The notes below the pieces were generated by a model. The model was not told where the DNA came from, ran no database searches, and saw only the letters and a program-made list of their open reading frames with translations. From an uncultured Gammaproteobacteria bacterium (lineage in GTDB: Bacteria; Patescibacteriota; Patescibacteriia; UBA11705; JABHMO01): DNA of 64,000 bases. This document shows positions 63,378 through 64,000 of this stretch, piece by piece. The translations under genes were made by a program, and so were the position numbers. The stretch spans positions 19,015-83,014 of the forward strand of contig CAZPYM010000005.1 in NCBI GenBank assembly GCA_964590105.1. The letters are read 5' to 3'. The first letter of the stretch is position 1; each line of letters starts with the position of its first letter.

Positions 63378-63794
63378 CTATTTCTGGTATTTATAGTCAT
63401 AGGTCCCATAGGAGACAGTTAATTCCTCGCTTTTTTTTATTTTTCTTAATGCGACGAAAGTATTTCCGTTATCAATTGTTTTTAGATTCGGGCGCTGTGA
63501 ATCATTCAGGAAAAAAGAAATATCCATGCCGTTCAGGGCGCATTCGGGAACAAAAACGGTTTTATCTTTTTCAATTACATAAAAATCGTCAACCATTTTT
63601 TGTACTTCTTTGTCCAGGTTTTTTAATTGGGAAAAGTCAAATTTGTACCACCGTTGCCTTATTCCCTTGAAAGGATTGGTGTTTTTCGGAATGTCTCTAA
63701 TGGCAAAAACGCCGACTCCTTGGGTGGCAGAGGGGCGCAATCTGCAGTAGGTATTTTTTAATCTTTTCAGAATTTCATTTTTTTTGCTTGGCAT
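63378..63794 (-). CDS. SET-domain protein
   Basis: QGVGVFA.RDI, FLNDS..PN, ALR.I...EELT.SY. Confidence 0.85.
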   Translation of the reverse strand: MPSKKNEILKRLKNTYCRLRPSATQGVGVFAIRDIPKNTNPFKGIRQRWYKFDFSQLKNLDKEVQKMVDDFYVIEKDKTVFVPECALNGMDISFFLNDSQRPNLKTIDNGNTFVALRKIKKSEELTVSYGTYDYKYQK

Positions 63795-63906
63795 AAATGC
63801 GTTTCGTAATTATTTTTTTAATGTTTTGCCGGGACAGGCTGGTTAATCCTTGGTTATTGGACATAACGTTTGCATTTGTTTGATCAGATCTTTTTTTATA
63901 TAAAAT

Positions 63907-64000
63907 TTATTCAAGAAATAGCTTTTTGTATTCGAATTTATTAAGACTATTTTCAATATCCTGGTAGGTTTTGCCGCAGATCATCCCGCCGGCAACAAAG
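63907..64000 (-). CDS. 3' end of a gene continuing beyond the window
   Basis: Open frame FVAGGMICGKTYQDIENSLNKFEYKKLFLE*. Confidence 0.4.
   Translation of the reverse strand, partial: FVAGGMICGKTYQDIENSLNKFEYKKLFLE

Overview
AT-rich bacterial chromosome segment. Its gene content and style (SD-less housekeeping genes, short EF-Ts, VirD4-like ATPase, giant surface protein, split PEP-utiliser genes) suggest Patescibacteria/CPR; this is an inference. The backbone carries uvrA/B/C, rlmN, rlmD, truB, rpsB-tsf, pheST, dnaX, thiI, tRNA-Tyr and tRNA-Gln. The main finding is an ~5.8 kb island between uvrC and uvrA (13.26-19.03 kb) that appears to encode a prokaryotic ubiquitin-like conjugation system. 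It holds a JAB/JAMM protease, a ThiF/E1 enzyme and a single-domain Ubl ending in ...KG-Q, plus a separately transcribed 600-aa protein with a coiled coil and a C-terminal E2/UBC-like domain (PHV..NG..CLG). Between these lie an unannotated ~262-nt structured RNA with its own promoter and terminator, and a GC-rich 410-aa unknown gene. These genes belong to a scattered class of self-contained cassettes (sigma70 promoter, often a boxA-like motif, strong GGAGG SD, terminator), unlike the SD-less backbone. Other notable items are tRNA-Tyr flanked by two hairpin-substituted pseudo-copies and a GIY-YIG gene, a RAYT with REP palindromes inside its ORF, pervasive 7-8-mer micro-repeats, and a divergent CaCA-like protein with a large repeat insert. 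All calls come from motif reading only; no database searches were run.
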